A stretch of DNA of 62,955 nucleotides, counting the filler, from Deltaproteobacteria bacterium (GTDB lineage: Bacteria; JAUYMQ01): the NCBI GenBank assembly GCA_030698575.1. It is 7 parts of 7 records of this genome, joined end to end, with 100 filler letters (N's around TTAATTAATTAA, not from the genome) between each part and the next. Parts side by side here need not be neighbours in the genome. Positions count along the whole stretch, not along the records: positions 46,947 to 60,014 come from JAUYMQ010000281.1; positions 60,115 to 62,955 come from JAUYMQ010000297.1; 5 more parts are not named here. One strand, given 5' to 3'. The notes below the pieces were generated by a model. It was not told the DNA's origin. It did not search any database and saw only the letters and a program-made list of their open reading frames with translations. Position numbers and translations under genes: made by a program. Shown one piece after another: positions 52,191-61,608 of the stretch (positions within the stretch are counted from its first letter, which is position 1; each line of letters opens with the position of its first letter).

Positions 52191-53597
52191 ATGCGGAAGA
52201 GAATCTTCGGCCTGGAAAATGAGTACGGGATCGTCTTCACCCCGGAAGGCCGAAAGACCTTGCCCGTCGAGAAGGCGATCCGCTTCCTCTTCGAAAAACT
52301 CATTACCACCGAGCACTTCCTCAACGTCTTCCTCGAAAACGGCGCGCGATTCTACCAGGACACCGGTTGCCACCCCGAGTACGCCACTCCCGAGTGCGCT
52401 TCGCCGCGCGACCTCGTGCTCTATGATCGCGCGGGCGAGCGAATCCTCGAGGATCTTCAGGCCTACGCCGAGGGCAAGGTGCGCGAGGACGGCGTCGCCG
52501 GGACCCTTTCGATCTTCAAGAACAACACCGACTTCGTGGGAAATTCCTACGGTTGCCACGAGAACTACCTGGTCGACCGCGACGTTGACTTCTACTACCT
52601 GGCAGAGCAGCTCATCCCGTTCCTCGTCACGCGCCAGATCTATACGGGTGCGGGCAAGGTCTTCCAGACGCAGGACGGCGTTCACTACTGCATAAGCCAG
52701 CGCGCGCAGCACATCTATCAGAAGATCTCGGGAACCACGACGAACGACCGGAGCATCATCAACACGCGCGACGAGCCGCACGCCGACCGCGAGAAGTACC
52801 GGCGGCTCCACGTGATTGTCGGCGATTCGAACATGTCGGAGTACACCAATTTCCTCAAGGTTGGCACCGCAGCGGTCGTCCTTCAGATGATTGAAGACAA
52901 CTTCATCAAGAAGGATCTGACGATGCGCAACCCGGTCAAGTCGATCAAGGACATTTCCTACGACGTGACCTGCAAGAAGCGGATTCGCCTCGATAACGGG
53001 AAGGAGTACAGCCCGATCGAGATCCAGCGCGAGTACCTCGACCTGGCGCAGGACTATCAGGAGCGCTACGGAGTCGACGATCAGCTCAAGGACGTCATCC
53101 AGAAGTGGGCCTACGTGCTGGGCAAGCTCGAGGACGACCCCAACAAGCTCGATCGGGAAATCGACTGGGTCATCAAGCGCCACATGATCGAGGAGTACCT
53201 CGACCGCCGTGGAATGCGGTGGACCAACCCGCGCGTCTATATGATGGATCTCCAGTTCCACGACATCCGGCGGGACAAGGGGCTGTTCTACTTGCTCGAA
53301 AGGACGGGCCGCGCCGAGCGCATCCTGAATGACGAGGAGATCGAGCACGCCAAGGAGCATCCGCCGAGCGATACGCGCGCCAAGCTGCGGGGCGACTTCA
53401 TCAAGCTCGCCCGGAAGAACAATATCCAGTACGATCTCGACTGGTCGAACATCCGGCTCGGCAATCTTCTGAACGTCCGCGTCATCTGCAACAACCCTTT
53501 CGAGACCGACACCGAGAAGGTGACCGAGCTGGTAAGGACGATCCAGAAGACGAATCTCCGCAAGACCTCGCTCTCGAAACTCGTCATCCAGAGCTGA
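52191..53597 (+). CDS. pafA: Pup--protein ligase PafA
   Basis: RIFGLENEYG, NVFLENGARFY, HPEYATPEC, GNSYGCHENY, SQRAQHI, RRLHVIVGDSNMSE and TRAKLRGDFI. Confidence 0.94.
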   Translation: MRKRIFGLENEYGIVFTPEGRKTLPVEKAIRFLFEKLITTEHFLNVFLENGARFYQDTGCHPEYATPECASPRDLVLYDRAGERILEDLQAYAEGKVREDGVAGTLSIFKNNTDFVGNSYGCHENYLVDRDVDFYYLAEQLIPFLVTRQIYTGAGKVFQTQDGVHYCISQRAQHIYQKISGTTTNDRSIINTRDEPHADREKYRRLHVIVGDSNMSEYTNFLKVGTAAVVLQMIEDNFIKKDLTMRNPVKSIKDISYDVTCKKRIRLDNGKEYSPIEIQREYLDLAQDYQERYGVDDQLKDVIQKWAYVLGKLEDDPNKLDREIDWVIKRHMIEEYLDRRGMRWTNPRVYMMDLQFHDIRRDKGLFYLLERTGRAERILNDEEIEHAKEHPPSDTRAKLRGDFIKLARKNNIQYDLDWSNIRLGNLLNVRVICNNPFETDTEKVTELVRTIQKTNLRKTSLSKLVIQS

Positions 53598-53608
53598 CGG
53601 CGCTAGCG

Positions 53609-55261
53609 ATGCACCGGGCCGGCATCATCATTGTCTTTCTGGCCGTAACCGCCTCCTATCTTCCGTTCGTTGACAAGGCATTTCATCTCGACGATCCGGT
53701 CTACCTGCGCGTTGCCCATGAAGTAGTCGCAGACCCCGCGAATTTCTACGGGTTCGACATCAACTGGTACGGCTACTTCGCGCCCGTCTATGAGGTCAAC
53801 AAGAACCCGCCGCTGGTCAGCTTCTACGTCGCCGGCATGGCTCAGCTCGTCGGCTGGAGCGAACGCGGCGTGCATCTCGCGATGCTCCTGCCCGCCCTCG
53901 GACTGATTCTCGGAACCTATCTGCTTGCTCGCCGTCTGGGGGCCCAGCCGCTCGTGGCGGCGCTCGCCACCTGGCTCACGCCCGTGGTCCTGGTCTCGAG
54001 CACCACCGTCATGTCCGATGTCCTCATGCTGGCCCTCTGGTGCTGGGCGGTGTTCTTGTGGGTGAGCGGGCTCGAGGAGAGAAGCACCCCGCGACTGATC
54101 GCGGCGGGCCTGCTCATGGGCCTCTGCGCGCTCGCCAAGTACTTCGGCCTCGCCCTGACACCGCTGCTGCTCGCCTACGGGCTTTTCCGTGAGCGGCGCG
54201 CCGGGGCCTGGCTGCTCGTTTTCCTGATTCCCGTCGCCATCGTGGGGGCCTATCAGTTCTACGTTCGCGCCCGCTACGGGCTGGATCCCCTGATGGACGT
54301 GGCGCAGTACGCGCTCACGCTGGAGTCCAAGAGCAGATACAGCTATCCGGAGAAGCTGCTGGTGGGTCTGGTATTTCTCGGCGGATGTCTTCTCCCGACC
54401 CTGCTCTTTGCGCCCCTTTGCTGGTCGCGCTCCGTTCTCGCGGGGGGGCTTGGCGCCCTGGTCGCTGGCGCGGCCGCCGTCCCCCTGGTCGGAGAGCTGG
54501 GCGGCTTTCCCCTGGCGGCGGCAGGGGCGATCCGGTGGGGCGTGGCGCTGCAGGTCGTGATCTTCGCACTGGCCGGCGCGCAGATCATCGCCCTCGCGGC
54601 CGCGGATCTCAGCCGGCGGCGGGACGCAGGCGCTCTCCTGCTCGTGCTCTGGGTGGGGGGCGTCTGGATCTTCGCAACCTTCACGAACTGGACCACAACG
54701 GCCCGGGCGGTGCTTCCGGCCGCGCCCGCCGTCGGAATCGTGATAGCCCGCCGCCTCTCTCTTACAGAGTCGGCGTTCTCCCTTTCGCGAAAGCGGTTCA
54801 TAACGATTGCGCTCGTTGTGGGGCTGCTCATTTCAGGGGCTGTGGCCTGGGGCGACTACAGGCTTGCCGGTTCGGCCCGTTCGGCGGCGGAGGAGCTTTC
54901 GGGCCGGTACGCGCGGGGGGGAAGCCGTCTGTTCTTCCAGGGTGGATGGGGTTTCCAGCACTACATGGAGAAGGCCGGGGCAACGCGCACGAGCTGGGAC
55001 GGCACGCAGTTCTCGCCCGGCGACATCCTGCTCGTGCCGGGCCAGGGCTCGAACCTCTTTCCGCCTCCGCAGAATCTCACCCGGGTTCTCGAGGAAGTGA
55101 AGTACACGCCGACCTCCTGGATCTCCGTCATGTCCAAGCTGGAGGGCGCGGGTTTCTACGCATCGCTCTTCGGTCCGCTCCCCTTTGTCTTCGGTCCGAC
55201 CTCGCCCGAACGCTACTACGCCTTCCGCGTCGAGAAACCCTTCGTTCTGAAGCGAGAGTAG
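53609..55261 (+). CDS. GT-C fold (ArnT/PMT-like) glycosyltransferase, polytopic membrane protein
   Basis: KAFHLDDP acidic motif in the first loop, KNPPL, many TM segments, ALAKY. Confidence 0.75.
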   Translation: MHRAGIIIVFLAVTASYLPFVDKAFHLDDPVYLRVAHEVVADPANFYGFDINWYGYFAPVYEVNKNPPLVSFYVAGMAQLVGWSERGVHLAMLLPALGLILGTYLLARRLGAQPLVAALATWLTPVVLVSSTTVMSDVLMLALWCWAVFLWVSGLEERSTPRLIAAGLLMGLCALAKYFGLALTPLLLAYGLFRERRAGAWLLVFLIPVAIVGAYQFYVRARYGLDPLMDVAQYALTLESKSRYSYPEKLLVGLVFLGGCLLPTLLFAPLCWSRSVLAGGLGALVAGAAAVPLVGELGGFPLAAAGAIRWGVALQVVIFALAGAQIIALAAADLSRRRDAGALLLVLWVGGVWIFATFTNWTTTARAVLPAAPAVGIVIARRLSLTESAFSLSRKRFITIALVVGLLISGAVAWGDYRLAGSARSAAEELSGRYARGGSRLFFQGGWGFQHYMEKAGATRTSWDGTQFSPGDILLVPGQGSNLFPPPQNLTRVLEEVKYTPTSWISVMSKLEGAGFYASLFGPLPFVFGPTSPERYYAFRVEKPFVLKRE

Positions 55262-55295
55262 AGTTCCGGCGATCCGCGCCGGAGGCGCCTGAAGT

Positions 55296-56384
55296 TCAGG
55301 ATCGCGATTCCGCGTTCGGCGCGGGCGCGGCGCGGGGGCGCTTCTGGTAGCGGCGGACGGCGCGGTTGTGCTCGGCCAGGGTGCGCGAGAACGCGTGCGA
55401 GCCGTCGTTCCGGCTTACGAAGTAGAGGTAGTCGTCGGGCGCGGGCTCGAGCACCCCTCGCAGGGCCGCCCGGCCCGGATTGGCGATCGGTCCCGGCGGG
55501 AGTCCCGCGCGGACGTAGGTGTTGTAGGGACCGGGCCGGGCGAGGTGCTCGCGCGTCAGGTTGCCGTCAAAATCCGCTATCCCGTAGATGACCGTCGGAT
55601 CACTCTGGAGCCGCATGCCCAGGCGCAGGCGGTTCAGGAAGACGGCGGCGATGAGCGCCCTCTCCCCGGGGACGCCGGTTTCCTTCTCGACGATGGACGC
55701 GAGCGTCACGATCTCGTGCTCGCTGAGATCCCCCCCCGCCTCCGCTCCTGCAGCGGCCTTTTCCTCGGCGTAGACCTCCCTGAAACGTGAAACGAGCCGC
55801 TTCAGAATCGCCCCGGCGGACATTCCGCGCGTGAAGGCGTAGGTATCGGGAAAGCAGTAGCCCTCGAGCGTCTCTCCGGGCAGATCCAGCGCGCGGGCGA
55901 AAGCCGGGTCGCCGGACAGCGCCAGGAGTTCCGCCCGTCGCGCGAGATTGGCCCCCGCGATGGCGTCGGCCATCTGCGCGACGGTCCACCCTTCCTGCAG
56001 CGTCACGAAGTGGCGCTTCGTGCGGCCGCTCCGCAGGATCGTGAGGACCTCCCAGGGAGATCCCCCCTCGGCGAATTCGTATTCCCCCGCCCGGAGTTCC
56101 CCCTGCGCCCCTGCGGCGAAAGCGAGCATGACGAAAAGCCGGGGGCGCCCGATCACGCCCGCGTCCTCGAGGGCCGCGGCGATGTCGGCCAGCCCCGCTC
56201 CTTTCGAAATGTCCACGACGGCGGGCGACTTCGAATGGGGGGTCGGGGTGCGCGCCCAGAGGGCGAAAAGAAAGACGGCGGCGATCAGGACGAGTGAAGC
56301 CAGGACGACGAGGGGCCCGAGCAGGCGGCGGGCAAGGCTCCACCGATGCGGCGGGGGCGCGGGCTGGGGGGCCGGGTCACTCAT
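55296..56384 (-). CDS. mltG: endolytic transglycosylase MltG
   Basis: LRAGEY, LEGYCFPDTY, LASIVEKE, RLQSDPTVIYG, YNTY..GLPPGPIANPG and YLYFVS. Confidence 0.95.
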   Translation of the reverse strand: MSDPAPQPAPPPHRWSLARRLLGPLVVLASLVLIAAVFLFALWARTPTPHSKSPAVVDISKGAGLADIAAALEDAGVIGRPRLFVMLAFAAGAQGELRAGEYEFAEGGSPWEVLTILRSGRTKRHFVTLQEGWTVAQMADAIAGANLARRAELLALSGDPAFARALDLPGETLEGYCFPDTYAFTRGMSAGAILKRLVSRFREVYAEEKAAAGAEAGGDLSEHEIVTLASIVEKETGVPGERALIAAVFLNRLRLGMRLQSDPTVIYGIADFDGNLTREHLARPGPYNTYVRAGLPPGPIANPGRAALRGVLEPAPDDYLYFVSRNDGSHAFSRTLAEHNRAVRRYQKRPRAAPAPNAESRS

Positions 56385-56808
56385 TGCGGGGCGGCGCATG
56401 CTTGATCGACTCGATATAGCCTTCGAGGATGAGTTGCGCGGCGATGCGATCGACCAGCTGCCGTTTCTTCGATCCCCTGACCCGCCCCTCGGCGAGCGCC
56501 CGCTCCGCGGCGACCGTGGTCATCCGCTCGTCCCAGGTGTCGACCGGAATGCCGAGCGCCTCCCCCAGCTCGCGGGCGAAGGCCAGCGCCTCCTCCGCCC
56601 GGGGCCCCGGGGTGCCGTTCATGTTGAGGGGAAGCCCCAGGACCACGCGCTCGACGCCATGGGCCTCGACCAGCCCCCGGACCGCCTCGATGAAACCCTT
56701 CCGGCCGCGCCGTTCGATGGTCGGCAGGCCCTGGGCGGTCAGGCCGAGGGGGTCGCTGAGCGCGACGCCGACGCGCCGGGTTCCGAGGTCGAGGGCAAGA
56801 ATTCGCAT
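56377..56808 (-). CDS. ruvX: pre-16S rRNA nuclease YqgF / RuvX
   Basis: MRILALDLGTRRVGVALSD, VLGLPLNMNG, WDERMTT and DRIAAQLIL. Confidence 0.93.
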   Translation of the reverse strand: MRILALDLGTRRVGVALSDPLGLTAQGLPTIERRGRKGFIEAVRGLVEAHGVERVVLGLPLNMNGTPGPRAEEALAFARELGEALGIPVDTWDERMTTVAAERALAEGRVRGSKKRQLVDRIAAQLILEGYIESIKHAPPRNE

Positions 56809-56992
56809 GGGGCGGCGAGAATCTCCGGCGCGGGGTGTGAGCTGGGGGGGAGAGAAAATTATGGCCTCCGGGGCGCCCCGCATCAACCGTCCGGTGACGC
56901 GCTAAAGGTTTTTCCCGGGCGCTCCGATCTAGGAAGCGTGGAGGGATCCAGGAGCCCGGGCGCCCCGGTGCGGATCCCGGAGGGAGGGGACA

Positions 56993-57559
56993 GTGTACGA
57001 GCAGCGAATCCAGAAGCTCAAGGTGATGCTGAAGGACGCCATTCCCGAGGTTCGCAACGCGGCGGCCCAGGCCATCGATCAGCTTCAGGCGAAGGCCTCG
57101 ATCGATCGCTTCCAGCAGATCCTGGAGGGGGACGACAACGCCGCAAAACTCCGGGCCGTCTACGCCCTGAGCGAGCTGGACGGCGATGAGTCCCTGAAGC
57201 TCATCGTGGGGGCCCTGAAGAACGACAGCCCCGATGTCCGGTGCACGGTCATCCGAATTCTCGGCGAGAAGGCCGATCCGCGCACGCTCGGTCCGGTCTT
57301 CGAGCAGCTCGACGATCCCGATCCCGCCATCCAGGCGCTGGTCATCGAGGCGCTCGGCAATTTCCGTGATCGGCGGCTGGCGGACAGCTTCCTTTCGATG
57401 CTCTCGAGCGACAACCCAGACATCCTGACCCGCGTGGTGATCGCCCTGGGACGCCTGGGCGAAACGCGCGCCGAGCAGGCCTTCGTCGAGCTCCTGGGTC
57501 ACCCGCAGCCCGCCGTGCGCGAGGCGGCAGCCGGCGCTCTCGGCTCCCTCGGCGCCTGA
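56993..57559 (+). CDS. HEAT/PBS-lyase repeat protein
   Basis: Repeated D..PEVR.AA..AL units; GGAGGGG RBS. Confidence 0.85.
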   Translation: MYEQRIQKLKVMLKDAIPEVRNAAAQAIDQLQAKASIDRFQQILEGDDNAAKLRAVYALSELDGDESLKLIVGALKNDSPDVRCTVIRILGEKADPRTLGPVFEQLDDPDPAIQALVIEALGNFRDRRLADSFLSMLSSDNPDILTRVVIALGRLGETRAEQAFVELLGHPQPAVREAAAGALGSLGA

Positions 57560-57580
57560 CCCCGACCTGACCCGCGTTTG

Positions 57581-58933
57581 CTAGCCGATGTATTTCGCCG
57601 GATCGATTCCGTAAAGGATGGGATTCGTGCTCGCGACGACCTCACGCCTCTCGCCGCCGGGGCCTGTCGCGTCCTTCAACAGATCCACCTCCAGAGGCTC
57701 CGGAAGCAGCGCACCTCCACTCTCGATGATGATCTTGACCTTGGGCAGGGTGACGTCGAGGTGATTGGGCGTGATGATCACGCCAATCTCGTTCGTGGTG
57801 AGCCGGACGTAGGTCCCGGCGGGGTACGTCCCGAGCATGTCCACGAAACTCTCGAGCATGTCGGGGTCGAGATCCTTCCCCGCCAGGCGCCTCATGAGCT
57901 TGACGGCCTCGGTTGCAGGGCGGGGTTTTTGGTAGGGCCGCAGTGTCGTGAGCGCGTCGTAACAATCCGCGATCGCCACAGCCATGCTGTAGGGGTGCAC
58001 CGTCCGGGACTTCTCGATGGTGGGGTAGCCCTGCAGGTTGTACTTGACGTGGTGCATCAGGATCATCTCGTGCGCGGAGTGGGGAATGCTCTTCATGCGG
58101 GAGACGATCTCCGCCCCGAGAACCGGGTGCTTCTTCATGATGGCCATTTCTGCTTCCGTGAGGCTCCCGGGCTTCTTGATGATCTCTTCAGCCGTTCGGA
58201 CCTTTCCCACGTCGTGCAGCATCCCCGCCAGGCCGACGGCACGCATTTCCTCGCCGCGCAGCCCCTGGTGGGCCGCAAAGGCAAGGCAGAGGATGCCGAC
58301 GTTGATCGAGTGAACGTAGGTGTAGTCGTCGTAGCCCTTGAGCATCGTGAGCGCGAGCAGGGCGTCCTTATCCTTGAGGACAACATCGCTCATCTCGGCG
58401 ATGACGCCGTTCGCCGTCTCGCCCGAAGGGATGCGCCCCATGCGCAACTCGGACATGATGTCGAAGACCACGGTGAGAGAGCGATCGTAGACCTCCCGCG
58501 CACGTTCGCGGAGATCCTCCTCCTGCAAATCCTTGATCTTGATGTGCTCGACCCGCTGCTCAGCCAGGACGGCGGCGATGCCTCCCTTCGCCACTGCGTC
58601 TTCAATTTTCAGTGCCAGGGCGTTCACGAGGGCGGTCAGCTCTTCCTGGGCGAGGCCGCCGCTGAAGGTGATCGACTCGATCTGGTGACCCTTCAGGCGC
58701 CCGTAGATTTCCTTCCAGAGGCTGTCGGTTTCGTAGAAGGGGATTTCATCGAACAGGAGCACGTCATCGATGATTCCCATCACGAGCGGATCGCGCTCCT
58801 TGAAGAGGGCGACGATCCTCTCATGAGCCTGCTGAACCGGCCGGGATATGGCGGGATGTGACGGCGGGTAGAGGCTCAGGTTCCTGAGCGCGCTGCAGAA
58901 GAGCTTTGCCGTCTGTGTCAGTGCTTCCTTCAT
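57581..58933 (-). CDS. HD-GYP domain phosphodiesterase
   Basis: YTYVHSINV, LHDVGK, MKKHP, HHVKYNLQGYP and IADCYDALTTLRPY; N-terminal LYPPSHP domain; start at ATG 58933. Confidence 0.9.
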   Translation of the reverse strand: MKEALTQTAKLFCSALRNLSLYPPSHPAISRPVQQAHERIVALFKERDPLVMGIIDDVLLFDEIPFYETDSLWKEIYGRLKGHQIESITFSGGLAQEELTALVNALALKIEDAVAKGGIAAVLAEQRVEHIKIKDLQEEDLRERAREVYDRSLTVVFDIMSELRMGRIPSGETANGVIAEMSDVVLKDKDALLALTMLKGYDDYTYVHSINVGILCLAFAAHQGLRGEEMRAVGLAGMLHDVGKVRTAEEIIKKPGSLTEAEMAIMKKHPVLGAEIVSRMKSIPHSAHEMILMHHVKYNLQGYPTIEKSRTVHPYSMAVAIADCYDALTTLRPYQKPRPATEAVKLMRRLAGKDLDPDMLESFVDMLGTYPAGTYVRLTTNEIGVIITPNHLDVTLPKVKIIIESGGALLPEPLEVDLLKDATGPGGERREVVASTNPILYGIDPAKYIG

Positions 58934-58958
58934 GGTCGTCCTGTCGCCTTCCGGGTGC

Positions 58959-60014
58959 TCAGCCCTTTGCCTCGGCATGAAGTGCGGTGCGGCAGACCCG
59001 GGCGATCTCCCGGTTGCCCGAGTCGACGCCGCCCGCAAGAACGGCCCGCGCCTCCTCGGTGTCGATGCGCGCGAGCGCCTGGGCGGCGATGACGCGCAGC
59101 CCCTCGTTCCTGGCCCGCGCGAGCAGCGAGCGCCGCCTGAAGAGCCGTCCGAGCAGCGGAACGGACTGCGGCGTGCCGATCTTGGCCAGGGCCTTGATGA
59201 TTTCATGTTGCAGCGCGAGATTCGTGAAGACCACGCGGCGCGGGAGCATGGCGCCCAGGGCCGGGATGGCCTCGTGGTCGCGCAGCACCCCGAGCGCGAA
59301 TGCGGCCAGCAGCTGCAACTCGCCGCGGGCGTGGGTCAGGAAACGCTCTAGAACCTTGCGGGACTCCGGATGCCGGATTTTGCCGAAGGCCCGGAGCGCC
59401 TCTTTTGCCACCCGTGGCTCCGCGTTCGAGGTAAGCGGCTCGAGGCTCGAAAGGGAGGAGGGATCTCCGATCTCGCCGAGAATGGCCACCGCGTTGCGTA
59501 TGACGTACCAGCGATCGTCATTCAGGACATCGAGCAGCGGCGGCACGGCCGCTTCCCCGAAACCGCGTATGACGGTCGAGAGAACGCGGCGCGCGTGGAT
59601 GACCTTCGCGCGCCCCAGGTGGTCAATGAGCTGGGGAATGATCTCGGAACTCATCTGTCCGAGCAGCGTGATGAGCTTCGCGGCGGCGCCTGGCCGCGAG
59701 GCCATCGCCTTGTCGACCAGGAAATCGATGGCCGGCGGCGTCGCCAGCTCGCGAAGCGCCCAGAGGGCGTGGGGAACGAGATCCCGCTCGCGATCCTCGC
59801 GCCCGGCGGCGTGGGAGGAAAGAACGCGCAGGGCGCGGTGGACGTCCTCGAGTTCGGCGGGGGGTGATGCCGAATTCACCAGCGAGACCAGTGCGGCGGC
59901 GCGCTCGCCGTAGGCGCGCGCCTCGGTCGCGGCGTTCAGCTCCAGGAGGAGCTTGACGATCTGCTCCTGCAGGGGCGTTGCGTCTTCGGGAAGCGCGAAC
60001 GGATCTTCTTCGGG
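58959..60014 (-). CDS. HEAT-repeat protein (5' truncated)
   Basis: DDRWYVIRNAVAILGEIG and further HEAT units; frame open to the contig edge. Confidence 0.8.
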   Translation of the reverse strand, partial: PEEDPFALPEDATPLQEQIVKLLLELNAATEARAYGERAAALVSLVNSASPPAELEDVHRALRVLSSHAAGREDRERDLVPHALWALRELATPPAIDFLVDKAMASRPGAAAKLITLLGQMSSEIIPQLIDHLGRAKVIHARRVLSTVIRGFGEAAVPPLLDVLNDDRWYVIRNAVAILGEIGDPSSLSSLEPLTSNAEPRVAKEALRAFGKIRHPESRKVLERFLTHARGELQLLAAFALGVLRDHEAIPALGAMLPRRVVFTNLALQHEIIKALAKIGTPQSVPLLGRLFRRRSLLARARNEGLRVIAAQALARIDTEEARAVLAGGVDSGNREIARVCRTALHAEAKG

Positions 60015-60114
60015 NNNNNNNNNNNNNNNNNNNNNNNNNNNNNNNNNNNNNNNNNNNNTTAATTAATTAANNNNNNNNNNNNNNNNNNNNNNNNNNNNNN
60101 NNNNNNNNNNNNNN
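60015..60114. other. artificial contig spacer
   Basis: N-run + TTAATTAATTAA + N-run. Confidence 0.98.
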
Positions 60115-60240
60115 GGCCAGCTCGGCGGCGGTGAGTCGGGCTCCGTAGCGCTGCCGCACCACGGCAAGAAGCGCGTCCACCTCGCTGTGCGCCGGCTCGG
60201 CGTGGGCAGGCTCGACGTGTTCGGAGAGGGGCTCGGCCAT
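60115..60240 (-). CDS. N-terminal fragment of a small hypothetical protein
   Basis: MAEPLSEHVEPAHAEPAHSEVDALLAVVRQRYGARLTAAELA; divergent from the TrmH gene; cut by contig edge. Confidence 0.45.
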
Positions 60241-60297
60241 CACGGGGGCATGGTAGCGGGCCCCGGCGCCCCTGTCGAGCGGCGCTATACTCGCCGG

Positions 60298-61116
60298 GTG
60301 GAGCGGATCGACGGCCTGTCCGATCCTCGCCTCGCGGACTACCGCGACCTCAAGGACCCCGACCTGCGCCTGCGCCGCGGGCTCTTCGTCGTCGAGGGCA
60401 GGATTCTCGTCGGGAGACTCCTCGAGTCGCCACGCTTCCGCGTGCGCTCGGTGCTCGGGACCGAGGCCGCTCTCGAGAGCCTCCGCGATCTGCTGGACGC
60501 CCGGACGGATGGCCCCGAGGCCCTCCTGGCGCGCAAGGAGATCCTCCGCGGCCTCGTGGGCTACCGGTTCCACCGCGGCTGCCTCGCCGTCGGCGAGCGC
60601 GGCGCCGAGCCGCCGGCTGAGGCGCTGATCGAGGCGCCGGGGCCGCGGCTCCTGGTCGGGCTCGAGGATGTCGCCGACCCCGACAATGTCGGCGGCGTCT
60701 TCCGGAACGCGCGCGCCTTCGGCGCCCATGCGGTGCTCCTCTCCCCGGCTTCGGCCGACCCGCTGTACCGGAAGGCGATCCGCGTCTCCATGGGCAGCTC
60801 GCTCTCGATGCCTTTCGCCCGCCTCGGCGACTGGCTGGCGGGGCTCGGGAGGCTGCGGGAAGCGCAGTACACCGTGGTGGCCCTCACGCCCGCCCCCGGC
60901 GCCAGGGACATCACCGGGCTCGGCGCCATGCGGCCCACCCCGGAGCGTGTCGCGCTTCTGCTGGGCGCCGAAGGGCAAGGGCTCAGCGCGGAGGCGCGAG
61001 CAGCGGCCGACCTCGAGGTGAGAATCCCCATGGCGCCCGGCATCGACTCGCTGAACGTGGCGGTGGCGGCAGGCATCGCGCTCCACCGCCTCAGCGGCGC
61101 GCGCGCGGAGCCTTGA
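60298..61116 (+). CDS. TrmH/SpoU family RNA methyltransferase
   Basis: DPRLADYRDL, LEDVADPDNVGGVFRNA, LLLGAEGQGLS and IPMAPGIDSLNVA; GTG start at 60298. Confidence 0.92.
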   Translation: MERIDGLSDPRLADYRDLKDPDLRLRRGLFVVEGRILVGRLLESPRFRVRSVLGTEAALESLRDLLDARTDGPEALLARKEILRGLVGYRFHRGCLAVGERGAEPPAEALIEAPGPRLLVGLEDVADPDNVGGVFRNARAFGAHAVLLSPASADPLYRKAIRVSMGSSLSMPFARLGDWLAGLGRLREAQYTVVALTPAPGARDITGLGAMRPTPERVALLLGAEGQGLSAEARAAADLEVRIPMAPGIDSLNVAVAAGIALHRLSGARAEP

Positions 61117-61141
61117 CGGGGCGCGTCGGCCTGAGCCCCTA

Positions 61142-61608
61142 TCAGGACTTCTCGGGCTCGAGCGGGGTCCCCAGCAGGGCGGCCAGTTCTTCTTGGACCT
61201 GCACCAGCGCCTCGGCGCGCTCCGCGCGCTTGCGCCACCGCAGCGTCTCCCGCTCCAGCTCGGGGATCTTCTTGTCCCGCGGGTCAGGGAGCTGCGGGGC
61301 GGGGCCGCGCTTCTTCGACGCTCCGGCCAGCTCCCCGCGCTCCCGCGCAGCGCGCCAGGTCGTCAGGTGGGAGGAGTACAGGCCCTCCCGGCGTAGCGGC
61401 GCCCCGACCGCGCCCGGGGTCGTGCAACCGTCCGCCTCCCGCACGATCTTCCGCTTGTACTCCACGGTGAACCGCCGGCGGCTCGCCTTCGCCCCCACCT
61501 CCGGTTCCAGCAGGGCCATCTCGGTTGCGCCCATGGGCCTCCGATCCTTACTCGCCCTCGACACTGAACTTCCGGGGGGTCACTGTCTCACTCATATTGG
61601 CAGAGAGG
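61142..61608 (-). mobile_element. IS3-type insertion sequence remnant (left end + orfA only)
   Basis: orfA-like RRRFTVEYKRKIVREADGC...LRREGLYSSHLTTWR (stop at 61142); terminal motif TGTCTCACTCATATTGGCAGAGAGG at about 61584-61608; no integrase orfB. Confidence 0.75.
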
